A stretch of 64,000 nucleotides of DNA from Planctomycetota bacterium. Lineage in GTDB: Bacteria; Planctomycetota; UBA8742; UBA2392. The notes beneath the pieces were generated by a model, which was given only the letters and a program-made list of their open reading frames with translations, was not told where the DNA came from and ran no database searches. The stretch is from contig JAGQRH010000005.1 of NCBI GenBank assembly GCA_020425605.1, forward strand, positions 75,850-139,849. Direction: 5' to 3'. Of this stretch, positions 18,525 through 27,692 are shown in pieces (positions within the stretch are counted from its first letter, which is position 1; the number at the start of each line of letters is the position of its first letter). The translations under genes were made by a program, and so were the position numbers.

Positions 18525-19697
18525 CTACGGCATCCAGATGGCCATCGGGCGGCCGGGGTAGAGGCGCAATTGGGCCTGTATCTCGGCGCGCATCTGTTCG
18601 GCCATCGCCTGTTCGACCTTCGGCTTCACGTCTTTCGCGTTCATGCCCAACAGTGCGCCGAGCCCGACCTGGCGCCCGTACTCCACGACCGTGAGATTGT
18701 CGGAGCCTGCAAGCCGCTCGGCTTCCTTCTTCGCATCTTCGAAGTAGCCGATCTTGTCGATCAGCCCGATTTTCTCGGCCTGACGCGCGCTCATGACTCG
18801 ACCGTCGGCGTAGGACTCCCAGTCCTTGCTCAGCTGGCCTCCGCGCCCGTCCTTGACGATCTGCTTGAAATGGGTGTGCATCTCGTCGACGAGATCCTGA
18901 AGTAGCGCACGGCCCTCTTTGTACTCGTCGCTTTCGGGGTCCGCGAACATGCTGCCCATGGTCTTGTTGTCGCCCGCCTTGATAGTGGCGTCTTCGCCCT
19001 TCACAACTTCCGTCAGTGTGCCGTGGAAGTTGAAGCCCTGGATGATCACGCCGATGCTGCCGGTCAGGGTGGTCTCGTTGGCCACAATGTAATCGGCCGG
19101 CGCGCTGATGTAGTAGCCACCGCTGGCCGCCAGGTCCTTCATGTAGACGACCACAGGCTTCTTGGTGTCCTTCTGGAACTTCACGATCTCGTGGTGGATG
19201 AAGTCGCTGGCAGTTACACCGCCGCCGGGGCTGTTCACTTCAAGGATCACAGCGTGCACGCTGTCATCCGCCGCGGCCTGGTGCAGGCTGTCCGTTACCA
19301 GCGCAACCGGGTCCACGCCGCCGCCGAACAGGCCGCCGCCTCCGCCCTCCATGATTACGCCGTCGACACTGATCACCGCGATCTTGCCTTCACCACCGGA
19401 TTCACGCTGGTATTCAACGACGCCATGCGGGTTTGTATTACCGCCGCCCAGAATGCCAAGCCCGCCGACCATCGCGAGAAGAATGAGCAGGTTGAATCCG
19501 ATCACACCGATGAACACCAGCAGGCCCAGTGTGCGCCATATGCCTGTTCGCGGCCGTGACATGCGGTACGGCTGCATCGGCGGCGCCATCTGCGGCCCGG
19601 GTGCCGGTGGTGGCATGTGTGCGAAGTTCGGTGGCGGCGGCGGGGGTTGATATCCGCCGGTGCTTGGCGTCTTCGGATCGGGTGGGGGATTGGTCAT
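18525..19697 (-). CDS. sppA: signal peptide peptidase SppA (S49, 36K type) with Pro-rich N-terminal tail
   Basis: ILEVNSPGGGVTASD and DLAASGGYYISAPAD. About 45-aa Pro-rich cytoplasmic tail, then one TM. Confidence 0.85.
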   Translation of the reverse strand: MTNPPPDPKTPSTGGYQPPPPPPNFAHMPPPAPGPQMAPPMQPYRMSRPRTGIWRTLGLLVFIGVIGFNLLILLAMVGGLGILGGGNTNPHGVVEYQRESGGEGKIAVISVDGVIMEGGGGGLFGGGVDPVALVTDSLHQAAADDSVHAVILEVNSPGGGVTASDFIHHEIVKFQKDTKKPVVVYMKDLAASGGYYISAPADYIVANETTLTGSIGVIIQGFNFHGTLTEVVKGEDATIKAGDNKTMGSMFADPESDEYKEGRALLQDLVDEMHTHFKQIVKDGRGGQLSKDWESYADGRVMSARQAEKIGLIDKIGYFEDAKKEAERLAGSDNLTVVEYGRQVGLGALLGMNAKDVKPKVEQAMAEQMRAEIQAQLRLYPGRPMAIWMP

Positions 19698-19699
19698 GG

Positions 19700-20137
<438 letters not shown>

Positions 20138-20150
20138 GTCCGCTTTCAGC

Positions 20151-21026
20151 TTAGCCGAGCAGGAACTGTTCTTTGGCGTTGTAGCTGCTTCTTACGAACG
20201 GTCCGCTGGCAACCTTCGGAAAACCTAACGCGAGAGCCTCGTCGCGGATTTCATCGAATTCACGGGGCTCATAGTACTTCACGACTTCGGCGAGGCCGGG
20301 TTCTGGCTTCAGGTATTGGCCGACCGTGAGCATATCGACGCCAACACTGCGAAGCTCACGAAAGGTGGAACGCAGCTCGTTGCGCGTTTCGCCCAGTCCA
20401 ACCATCAGCCCGCTCTTGGTGATCATCTCGGGCGCACGCTGCTTTGCACGTCGCAGCGTGTAAAGGCTGCGGTCGAAGCGTTTGCTGGGCTGGATTGCCT
20501 TGAAGAGTGAAGGCACGACTTCGATATTGTGGTTGTAGATGCGAGGGGCAGCGTCAATCACCGTGTCGATCTGCCAGTCAATTGCCTGGAAGTCCGGCGT
20601 AAGGACTTCGATGGTGGCGTCGGGCAGCGCGGCTCGGACGGCGCTGATGACGGCCGCCCAGTGCGCGCTTCCGCCGTCTTCGAGATCGTCCCGATCAACG
20701 CTGGTGATGACTACGTGTTCGAGCTTCATCGCGGCCGAAGTCTCAGCCAGTCGGCGAGGCTCGTCCGGATCCGGCGGCATGGGTGGGCGTCCCGACTTCA
20801 CGCTGCAGAATTGGCAACGGCGCGTGCAGACGTCTCCGAGAATCATGAACGTGGCAGTGCCGTGCGCGAAGCACTGCGCCTTGTTGGGACAATTGGCCTC
20901 TTCACACACAGTATGCAGCCGCTGGTGGTCGAGCAGGTCATCCAATGGCTTCTGGCCCCTACTGCGGGGCAGGGGTCGCTTGAGCCATGGCGGGAGGCGG
21001 CGGTGCGGCTGTTTGGTTGCTTCCAT
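20151..21026 (-). CDS. lipA: lipoyl synthase
   Basis: [12 protein letters not shown] auxiliary cluster and radical-SAM [10 protein letters not shown]. Confidence 0.95.
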   Translation of the reverse strand: MEATKQPHRRLPPWLKRPLPRSRGQKPLDDLLDHQRLHTVCEEANCPNKAQCFAHGTATFMILGDVCTRRCQFCSVKSGRPPMPPDPDEPRRLAETSAAMKLEHVVITSVDRDDLEDGGSAHWAAVISAVRAALPDATIEVLTPDFQAIDWQIDTVIDAAPRIYNHNIEVVPSLFKAIQPSKRFDRSLYTLRRAKQRAPEMITKSGLMVGLGETRNELRSTFRELRSVGVDMLTVGQYLKPEPGLAEVVKYYEPREFDEIRDEALALGFPKVASGPFVRSSYNAKEQFLLG

Positions 21027-21132
21027 TCGGAGAACTATACCGGTTTGGGATTAGTTCGTGCCAGTCCCCCGTTTGCACTGGCGGCGGGTTTGACTATCCT
21101 CTCCGCCCGCCCAACAACGGCAGGAGAAGTTA

Positions 21133-22260
21133 ATGGACCTCAAAGGTCGTCTACAGACGCTCGCTACCCTCGAATCTCAATACCCTCACGTCCTTTCCGT
21201 TTACCTGCGGTGCAGGGATGGCGGGCGTGACCGTCGCAAAGAGAACCTGATCTTTATCAAGAACCGGGCCGCCGAAATCGAGCGCGTACTCGGCGACGAC
21301 AAACGCGGATTGGACTTCCTTCGCGAAGGACTTGCGCAGGTTGAACTGATTCGCAAGCAGGATCTGAACAACAACGTGATCGGGCTGGCGCTCTTCCTTC
21401 AGGGCGGCAAGGTAATCGACCGGTTTGAAACTTCGATTCCCTTTGAAGACCAGATGGCGTATCGGCGCTTTCCATTCGTCAGCCAGCTTGCGTTCATCGG
21501 CGAGGAATTCGAGCCTTACGCGGTCGTCCATCTGGACAGCCGCAGCGCACGGGTCTTCGAGATCGCACTGGGTGAGCTGGTGGACAGCAGCGACATCAAG
21601 AGCGAAGTTCACCGTCGTATTCACCGGGGCGGATGGTCGCAAATGCGCTTCCAGCGCGGCATTGAGGGTGAGAAACACGCCCACATCCAGGAGGTAGCGC
21701 AGGCGCTCACGGACCTGGTCGGCAAGCATCGCTACAAGCGCATCGTGGTCGTAGGGCCGGACAAGTCACGCAGTATTCTTCGTGAGTGCCTGACGCCGGA
21801 TGTCGCGCGACGTGTTATCGACGGCGAACGCGTGGACTCCCGAGCGGCGGATCATGAGCTGTTGCAGACAGCTGTCGACTACTTCCGCACCGCCGAGGAC
21901 ACGGAAGAGAACACAAAAGTTGAACGCGTGATCCGCGAGATTCACTCAAGCACCATGGGTGTGTCGGGGCTTGAGGATACGCTCACGTACCTCGCCCGCG
22001 GTCAGGCGTATGAAGTACTGCTGCCGGCCGACCTGAAGATGCAGGGTGCACAATGCAACGCCTGCGGCATGATCTTCAAGGAACAGAGCAGCACCTGCTA
22101 CGCCTGCGACAGCAAGGACATCTCGGGTGTTGACCTGAAGGAAGTGGTCACGCGTACGGCGGTGAAGTTCGGCACCAAGCTGGAGTTCATCAAGGACCAC
22201 GATTTCAAGACCAAGCTGGGCGGCGCCGCGGCGTTGTTGCGCAGCCCGCGCATGAGCTAG
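21133..22260 (+). CDS. bacterial eRF1/Pelota-like protein (baeRF1-type) with Zn-ribbon insert
   Basis: AGGAGA RBS. VHRRIHRGGWSQMRFQRGIE parallels the eRF1 HGRGGQSALRFARLR loop. C-domain has CNAC-X12-CYAC and ends GGAAALLR as in eRF1/Pelota. Confidence 0.65.
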   Translation: MDLKGRLQTLATLESQYPHVLSVYLRCRDGGRDRRKENLIFIKNRAAEIERVLGDDKRGLDFLREGLAQVELIRKQDLNNNVIGLALFLQGGKVIDRFETSIPFEDQMAYRRFPFVSQLAFIGEEFEPYAVVHLDSRSARVFEIALGELVDSSDIKSEVHRRIHRGGWSQMRFQRGIEGEKHAHIQEVAQALTDLVGKHRYKRIVVVGPDKSRSILRECLTPDVARRVIDGERVDSRAADHELLQTAVDYFRTAEDTEENTKVERVIREIHSSTMGVSGLEDTLTYLARGQAYEVLLPADLKMQGAQCNACGMIFKEQSSTCYACDSKDISGVDLKEVVTRTAVKFGTKLEFIKDHDFKTKLGGAAALLRSPRMS

Positions 22261-22274
22261 CATTCATGGAAATG

Positions 22275-22304
22275 AAACGCGGGGGCCGTTGGCCCCCGCG
22301 TTTT
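22275..22304. terminator. bidirectional intrinsic terminator
   Basis: AAACGCGGGGGCC-gtt-GGCCCCCGCGTTT. A second palindrome ACTAGTAC-tcgg-GTACTAGT follows at 22307-22326. Confidence 0.65.
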
Positions 22305-22321
22305 GCACTAGTACTCGGGTA

Positions 22322-23764
22322 CTAGTCCAGCGGATCGCCGATCAGCGCCGCGACCTGCTTATACTTTTCCTGCACTTGATCGCGCGTGCCGGCCTCAAGG
22401 TTCAGTCGTACCAGCGGCTCCGTATTGCTGGCGCGCAGGTTGAACCACCACTCGGGATAGCTGACCGTGACGCCGTCCAGCTGGTCGATCTCAGCGTCCT
22501 TGAAGGTCTCCTGCACCCTCGCAAAGACCTCTTCCTTGTCCTTTACCTTGAAGTTGATCTCGCCGGTCTGGCTATAGCGGCGGATGGGCTTGATCAATTC
22601 GCTCAGTGGCTCGCCGCTCAGGCCCATTGCGTTCAGGACCTCAATGACGGCAATGATGGCACTATCCGCGTAGAAGTTGTCCTTGAAGTAGTAGTGTCCT
22701 GCAAGCTCACCGCCGAAGATGCAGCCGACCTTGCGCATCGTTGCCTTCATGTAGCTGTGGCCGACGCGTTCCCGCAGCGGCCTGCCGCCGGCGGCCTCGA
22801 CTACCTCCGCTACCGCGCGGCTGGAGCGCAGGTCATACAGCACGGCCGCGCCTTTGTGGCGCTTGAGCAATTCCTGGCCGAGCAGCGCGGTGATCATGTC
22901 CTGTCCAACGGGCGTCCCGGTTTCGTCGATGAACACAGCCCGGTCGGCGTCGCCATCCAGTGCAATACCGAGATGACACTCGTTGTCCTTCACCAGCTGG
23001 CAAAGCGCCTTGAGATTATCGAGCCTGCTGGGGTTGGCTTCATGGTTCGGGAACGCGCCATCAAACTGGGCGTTGATCACGACCAGCTCAAGCCCGAGCG
23101 AGCGAAGAATACCCAAGTAGATCCCGCCCATGCCGTTGGCTGGATCGATAGCGACCTTCAACTTGTCCGGCGTCCGTTTCACAAACCGGCGCACGTGCTG
23201 CACATAGCCCTGAAACATGCGCGGGTTGAGGCCGAACGGCGCGGCAATGGGATTCTCGTCCGGCGCCGGTGGCAGCAGGGAAACAGACGGGTCGGCCGAC
23301 CACTTGGGCGGCGGCTCTGGGGCGGCCTTGGCAATTTCTTCGATGTCGGTAAGGCCGGTGTCGTATGCGATGGGTATGGCGTCTTCGCGGCAGAACTTAA
23401 TGCCGTTGTAGCGCGCCGGGTTGTGGCTGGCGGTGATCATCGCCCCGCCTTGTGCCGGCTTTTCCCGACCTGCTACGGCCCAATACAGCATGGGCGTACT
23501 GCAGGGCCCGATGAATTCAGACTTCGCGCCGCCGGTTGCCAGGCCGTCCATGAACGCGGCGGCGAGTTCCGGCCCGCTGGGGCGTGCGTCGACGCCTATC
23601 AGCACGTGTGGGTGCTCACTGTCTTCGCCAAGCAACTTGGCGAAGCCATAGCCGATCCGGAATGCAATCGGCGGATTCAGCTGGTCGGGTACCGTCCCAC
23701 GGACGTCGTACGCCTTGAAAAGACCCATGTGGTTCTCCGGACGTCGCCCAGCATAGGTCGCCAT
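22322..23764 (-). CDS. phosphomannomutase/phosphoglucomutase (alpha-D-phosphohexomutase)
   Basis: TASHNPARYNGIKF phosphoserine loop, GIALDGDADR metal site, GGELAGHYYF. Confidence 0.9.
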   Translation of the reverse strand: MATYAGRRPENHMGLFKAYDVRGTVPDQLNPPIAFRIGYGFAKLLGEDSEHPHVLIGVDARPSGPELAAAFMDGLATGGAKSEFIGPCSTPMLYWAVAGREKPAQGGAMITASHNPARYNGIKFCREDAIPIAYDTGLTDIEEIAKAAPEPPPKWSADPSVSLLPPAPDENPIAAPFGLNPRMFQGYVQHVRRFVKRTPDKLKVAIDPANGMGGIYLGILRSLGLELVVINAQFDGAFPNHEANPSRLDNLKALCQLVKDNECHLGIALDGDADRAVFIDETGTPVGQDMITALLGQELLKRHKGAAVLYDLRSSRAVAEVVEAAGGRPLRERVGHSYMKATMRKVGCIFGGELAGHYYFKDNFYADSAIIAVIEVLNAMGLSGEPLSELIKPIRRYSQTGEINFKVKDKEEVFARVQETFKDAEIDQLDGVTVSYPEWWFNLRASNTEPLVRLNLEAGTRDQVQEKYKQVAALIGDPLD

Positions 23765-23840
23765 GCGTGATGCGCCACAGCCTGCGCCTTTACATTAATC
23801 GTTGCAGCGGCATGATTCCCGCAGAGCACGGGAGACTGAA

Positions 23841-24860
23841 ATGAGTGACATCCGGGGCCGAGACTTCATCCGGCTTGCTGACTTTGAAACGCCGCAAATC
23901 GACGACATTCTCAACCTCGCCGTAGAGATGAAACGCGAGCAGCGGACCTGGAGCCTCAAGGGCAAGACCATCATCATGCTGTTCTTCAACAGCAGTCTGC
24001 GTACTCGAACCAGCTTCGAAATCGGTGCGGCCCAACTCGACGCACAGCCCGTGGTTCTGAACGTCGGACAGGACGCCTGGAACCTCGAATGGCAAGAAGG
24101 CGTGGTCATGAACGGCAACAGCCCGGAGCACATCAAGGATGCTGCCAAGGTGCTGTCACGCTACGGCGATATTCTGGCTGTGCGCAGCTTCCCTCTGCTG
24201 AAGGATTACCAGCAGGACCGGCTGGACCCGATCCTGAGCTCGTTCAGCAAATACGCTTCTGCGCCGCTCATCAACCTGGAGTCGGCCGTTGAGCACCCGT
24301 GCCAGGGCCTGGCCGACCTGATGACCCTGCGCGAGATCTTCAACCACAACACTAAAGGCAAGAAGGTCGTGCTTTCCTGGGCGCCGCACGTGAAGGCGCT
24401 GCCCTTGGCCGTGCCGCACAGTTTCCTGCTGGCGGCCGCAATGGGTGGATGTGACATCACGGTAGCCCACCCGCAGAAATTCGAGCTTGAAGAAGCCGTC
24501 ATGAAACAGGCCACAGGCATTGCCGCGAAGACCGGTGGCAGCGTAAAGATCTCGCACGATCAGGATGAAGCGTTGAAGGGTGCAGAAGTTGTGTACGCCA
24601 AAAGCTGGCTCAGCCTGGAGCACTATGGCAACCCAGAGGCGGAGATGGCCTATCGTGCAACGCTGCCCAGCTGGACCATCAGCGAAGAGAAGATGGGACT
24701 AACCAGCCGGGCCAAGTTCATGCACTGCCTGCCAATCCGCCGCAACGTCGTGGCCACCGACGGCGTGCTGGATCACGACGATTGCGTCGTGTATCAGCAG
24801 GCCGAAAACCGGCTGCACGCCCAGAAAGCCCTGCTGGTGAAGATGCTGGGCGCCGACTAG
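23841..24860 (+). CDS. argF: ornithine/N-acetylornithine carbamoyltransferase family
   Basis: Start moved to ATG 23841. FFNSSLRTRTSFE, HPCQGLAD, FMHCLP. The SxRTR context resembles the acetylornithine-type enzymes. Confidence 0.8.
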   Translation: MSDIRGRDFIRLADFETPQIDDILNLAVEMKREQRTWSLKGKTIIMLFFNSSLRTRTSFEIGAAQLDAQPVVLNVGQDAWNLEWQEGVVMNGNSPEHIKDAAKVLSRYGDILAVRSFPLLKDYQQDRLDPILSSFSKYASAPLINLESAVEHPCQGLADLMTLREIFNHNTKGKKVVLSWAPHVKALPLAVPHSFLLAAAMGGCDITVAHPQKFELEEAVMKQATGIAAKTGGSVKISHDQDEALKGAEVVYAKSWLSLEHYGNPEAEMAYRATLPSWTISEEKMGLTSRAKFMHCLPIRRNVVATDGVLDHDDCVVYQQAENRLHAQKALLVKMLGAD

Positions 24861-24990
24861 CGCTCATTGCCACGTACGGTTGTGCTTGGATTTTCGGGAT
24901 ACCTTGCGGTCGCGAGGTGTTACATCGTAGTAGCTACGTTCACGGCGTTCGGCGAACCGCGCGCCAATCATTGTTCCTCAGGAGAATTGC

Positions 24991-26121
24991 ATGCGCCTTT
25001 CCCATGTAGTTGGTGCGCTGCTTCTCGCCGGGTTGCTGGCTCCTGCACTGCTCGCCGCTGAGGGCGGCGCGGTCAAGTGGACCAGCGACTTTGAAGCGGC
25101 CAAGAAGTCCGCCGCCGAGCAGAAGAAGCGCCTGTTCATCGAATTCACTGCCGTTTGGTGAGGTCCCTGCAAGCAGCTGGCAGCTGCTGTCTGGAACCAG
25201 GAAACAGTCGCCACGCGCCTCGAGAAAGACTACATCGCCGTCATGATCGACGTGGATGCAGACGAGGTAGTGCCGGCCAAGTACGACGTCAGCGCGATGC
25301 CGACGCTCGTGATCACCGATGCGGAAGGCAATGAGCTCGCGAAGTCCGTGGGTGCGCCATTCAGCGACCCCGAAGGCGCAATCAAGTGGTTCGACGAGAT
25401 TGGCGCCAAGATCGACGCCTTTGCAGGGCTTCAGACGAAGTGGGATGACAGCAAGCACGCCGATGCGGCAATCGGTGAGAAGTTTGCCGAGGCTGCTTCC
25501 GCGCTGGGCAAGGCCAAGCAGGCGATTGAGGTCTACAACGTACTGATTGAACTCGCGGGGGAAGACAAGGCTAAGGCGGGGGCGTTGCACATCCTCGTCG
25601 CGAAGATGCTGCTGGAAGAGTCCAACCTCGACGGCGCAAGTGAGCACGCCGAGACGGCGAACAAGCTACTGCCCGAAGAGGGCGATGCCCGCATTGACCT
25701 GGACATGCTGCGTGCGCAGATTCTGATGTGGTCCGGCGACTCGGCCGGCGCTCGCAAGCTGTGCGAGAAGCACTACGAAGCGCTGCTGAAGGCTGCAGAC
25801 CCGCGTGCTATGGATCTGGCTGACACCTATCTAGGCACGACAGAATCCGACGATGAACAGGTGATCGCGAAGACTGGTCGCGACATGTACCTCAAGCTTG
25901 CCGAAGTGTTCGTCAAGCACGAACGCGTCTGGGAACTGAAAGTATACGCGGCCTACTACGGCCTCTCCTGCAATCAGGAGGAGGCTGCTGTGAAAGAGCT
26001 GAAGGAAGTGATCGAAAAGGGCAAGGGCGACTGGGTCAAGATCGCGAAGAACGTCCTCGAAGGTCACGAGAAGAAGGAAGCCGACAAGGACGGCGATGAG
26101 GACAGCGAAGAAGAAGACTAG
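24991..26121 (+). CDS. secreted thioredoxin-fold protein with in-frame TGA (candidate Sec) in the W-U-G-P-C motif, plus helical-repeat C-domain
   Basis: ATG 24991 (AGGAGA upstream) and a signal peptide. Thioredoxin_7-like FIEFTAVW-TGA(25159-25161)-GPCKQL...MPTLVITDAEGNEL. Same frame as track ORF 25243..26121, with no other stop. Confidence 0.55.
25172..25188 (+). promoter_or_regulatory. candidate bacterial SECIS-like hairpin
   Basis: AGCAGCU-GGC-AGCUGCU begins 10 nt after the UGA. G-rich apical loop. Confidence 0.35.
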
Positions 26122-26141
26122 CATGCAAGTGGAATCAAGAA

Positions 26142-26166
26142 CGGGCGGCGCGTCTGCGCCGCCCGG
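26142..26166. terminator. bidirectional intrinsic terminator
   Basis: CGGGCGGCGC-gtct-GCGCCGCCCG followed by GTTTCATTT. Confidence 0.6.
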
Positions 26167-26194
26167 TTTCATTTAGTTGCGACTTCCCGTACCG

Positions 26195-27088
26195 CTACTT
26201 TGCCGCTCGCACGAGGTACACCGGACACTTGGCGCGGCGCACAACCTTGTCTGCGACGCTACCGATGAGTGCGCGTTCGACACCGGTTCGACCATGGGTT
26301 CCCATCACGATCAGGTCGCAGTGGTGGGTTTCGGCGTAGGCTGCGATCTTTTTGGCGGGGTCACCGCGCTGCACGGCGCCGATGGTCTCGAAGTTGTTCA
26401 TGAGCTCGGCCGGCAACTGCTTGCGCATTTCCTCAAGCGCGTGCTTGCGGAGCTCTTTCAGGATGATGTGGCGCTCTTCCTCAACGTGGGTGCTGATCAA
26501 CGTGTCGTCGATGGTGTGAAGCACAAAGAGCTCGCCGTCCATGTCCTCTGTGAACGCGATTGCTTTGTCGAGGGCGCGCTTGGACGTGTCCGAAAAGTCC
26601 GTGGGAAACAGGATTCGGCTGAAAGGCTTCGACTTCTTCTTCGGGTGTTTGATCTTGCCCTTGGGCTGCTTGGTCACGATCACATCGCACGAGGCTTCGT
26701 GGACCACGCGATCAGCGATGGAACCCAGAAAGAACCGCGCGACAGCGCCGTGCCCATGCGTGCCGATCACGATCAACTCGGACTTGTGGCGTCGTGCGTG
26801 GTCAGCAATCTCCCGAGCCGGTGCGCCACTCAGCAGATAGCGGTTCAGCTTGCCGTTCTTGAGCCGAACCGTGACCTTGTTCAGCGCCGCTTCGGCACCG
26901 GTCATGAGTTCCTTGCTCAGAGACGCAAACGGATAGCCCGCGTAGGCGTACACCGTCGCGTCCACGACGTTCACGACGTCCAGATTCGCCGAGTAATAGT
27001 CTGCCAGCTCCGCCGAGAGCTTGATGGCTGTCTCCGCTGTATCGCTGAAGTCGGTCGGCACGACGATGCGTTTGAACTTGTTGATCAT
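26195..27088 (-). CDS. tandem universal stress protein (2x UspA domains)
   Basis: Start moved to ATG 27088. Both halves end with the ATP-binding pattern (GTHGHGAVARFFLGSIADRV; GTHGRTGVERALIGSVADKV). Confidence 0.85.
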   Translation of the reverse strand: MINKFKRIVVPTDFSDTAETAIKLSAELADYYSANLDVVNVVDATVYAYAGYPFASLSKELMTGAEAALNKVTVRLKNGKLNRYLLSGAPAREIADHARRHKSELIVIGTHGHGAVARFFLGSIADRVVHEASCDVIVTKQPKGKIKHPKKKSKPFSRILFPTDFSDTSKRALDKAIAFTEDMDGELFVLHTIDDTLISTHVEEERHIILKELRKHALEEMRKQLPAELMNNFETIGAVQRGDPAKKIAAYAETHHCDLIVMGTHGRTGVERALIGSVADKVVRRAKCPVYLVRAAK

Positions 27089-27205
27089 GGTTTGCCCCTT
27101 GGTACGTGCAGCAACAATACAAGTGGCCCGTGTGCCGACAACCGCCTCGCTGCTGCCGGAACAGGCTGATTGCGGGGGGCGGCAGCATCCAATAGCATCA
27201 GCCAA

Positions 27206-27691
27206 ATGGGACCGAGGTTGTCCACATTCATGCTTGCGGCTGTCCTGTTGCTGACTGGCTGCGTCGAGCGCCGTCTGTACGTTCGTTCAGAGCCTGCAGG
27301 CGCGGATGTGTACATCGACGGTGAGTGGATCGGGCGGACGCGGGCTGAAACGGACGACCGGGGACCGCTGTATACCCAGTTCCTGTTCTATGGCACGCGC
27401 GAGTACACGGTGCGCAAACCCGGCTATCAAACGGTCAGCGGACGGATTGAGCTTGAGACGCCTTGGTACGAGTACCCGCCGGTGGACTTCTTTTCAGAAG
27501 TGCTGATTCCCTACCCGATCGTGGATGAGCATGAGGTAAGCGTACAGCTTGAGAAGGCCGAGCCTGCAGACGTGGAAGGACTGTACCGGCGCGCTCTGAA
27601 TTACCGATATGCCTCAAGGCCCGAGGAACGGCTTGAGTACGACTACATGATCCTGCGGGGGCCGCGGGCAGTGGTGCCGAAGAAGAAGTAG
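27206..27691 (+). CDS. PEGA-domain lipoprotein
   Basis: Start moved to ATG 27206. Lipobox LLLTGC. VRSEPAGADVYIDGEWIGRT PEGA motif. Confidence 0.7.
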   Translation: MGPRLSTFMLAAVLLLTGCVERRLYVRSEPAGADVYIDGEWIGRTRAETDDRGPLYTQFLFYGTREYTVRKPGYQTVSGRIELETPWYEYPPVDFFSEVLIPYPIVDEHEVSVQLEKAEPADVEGLYRRALNYRYASRPEERLEYDYMILRGPRAVVPKKK

Positions 27692-27692
27692 C

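Noticed and set aside
22289-23770. 493-aa plus-strand ORF
   Set aside because: It is exactly antisense to the PMM/PGM gene, which has unmistakable motifs. Its composition is Arg/Ala/Gly/Val-rich shadow-ORF typical of GC-rich DNA.
25243-26121. Track ORF as an independent 292-aa gene
   Set aside because: It would start in the middle of a thioredoxin fold with no RBS. The upstream in-frame segment supplies the RBS, signal peptide and the rest of the fold, interrupted only by the motif-positioned TGA.
26177-27169. 330-aa plus-strand ORF
   Set aside because: Antisense shadow of the tandem USP gene.
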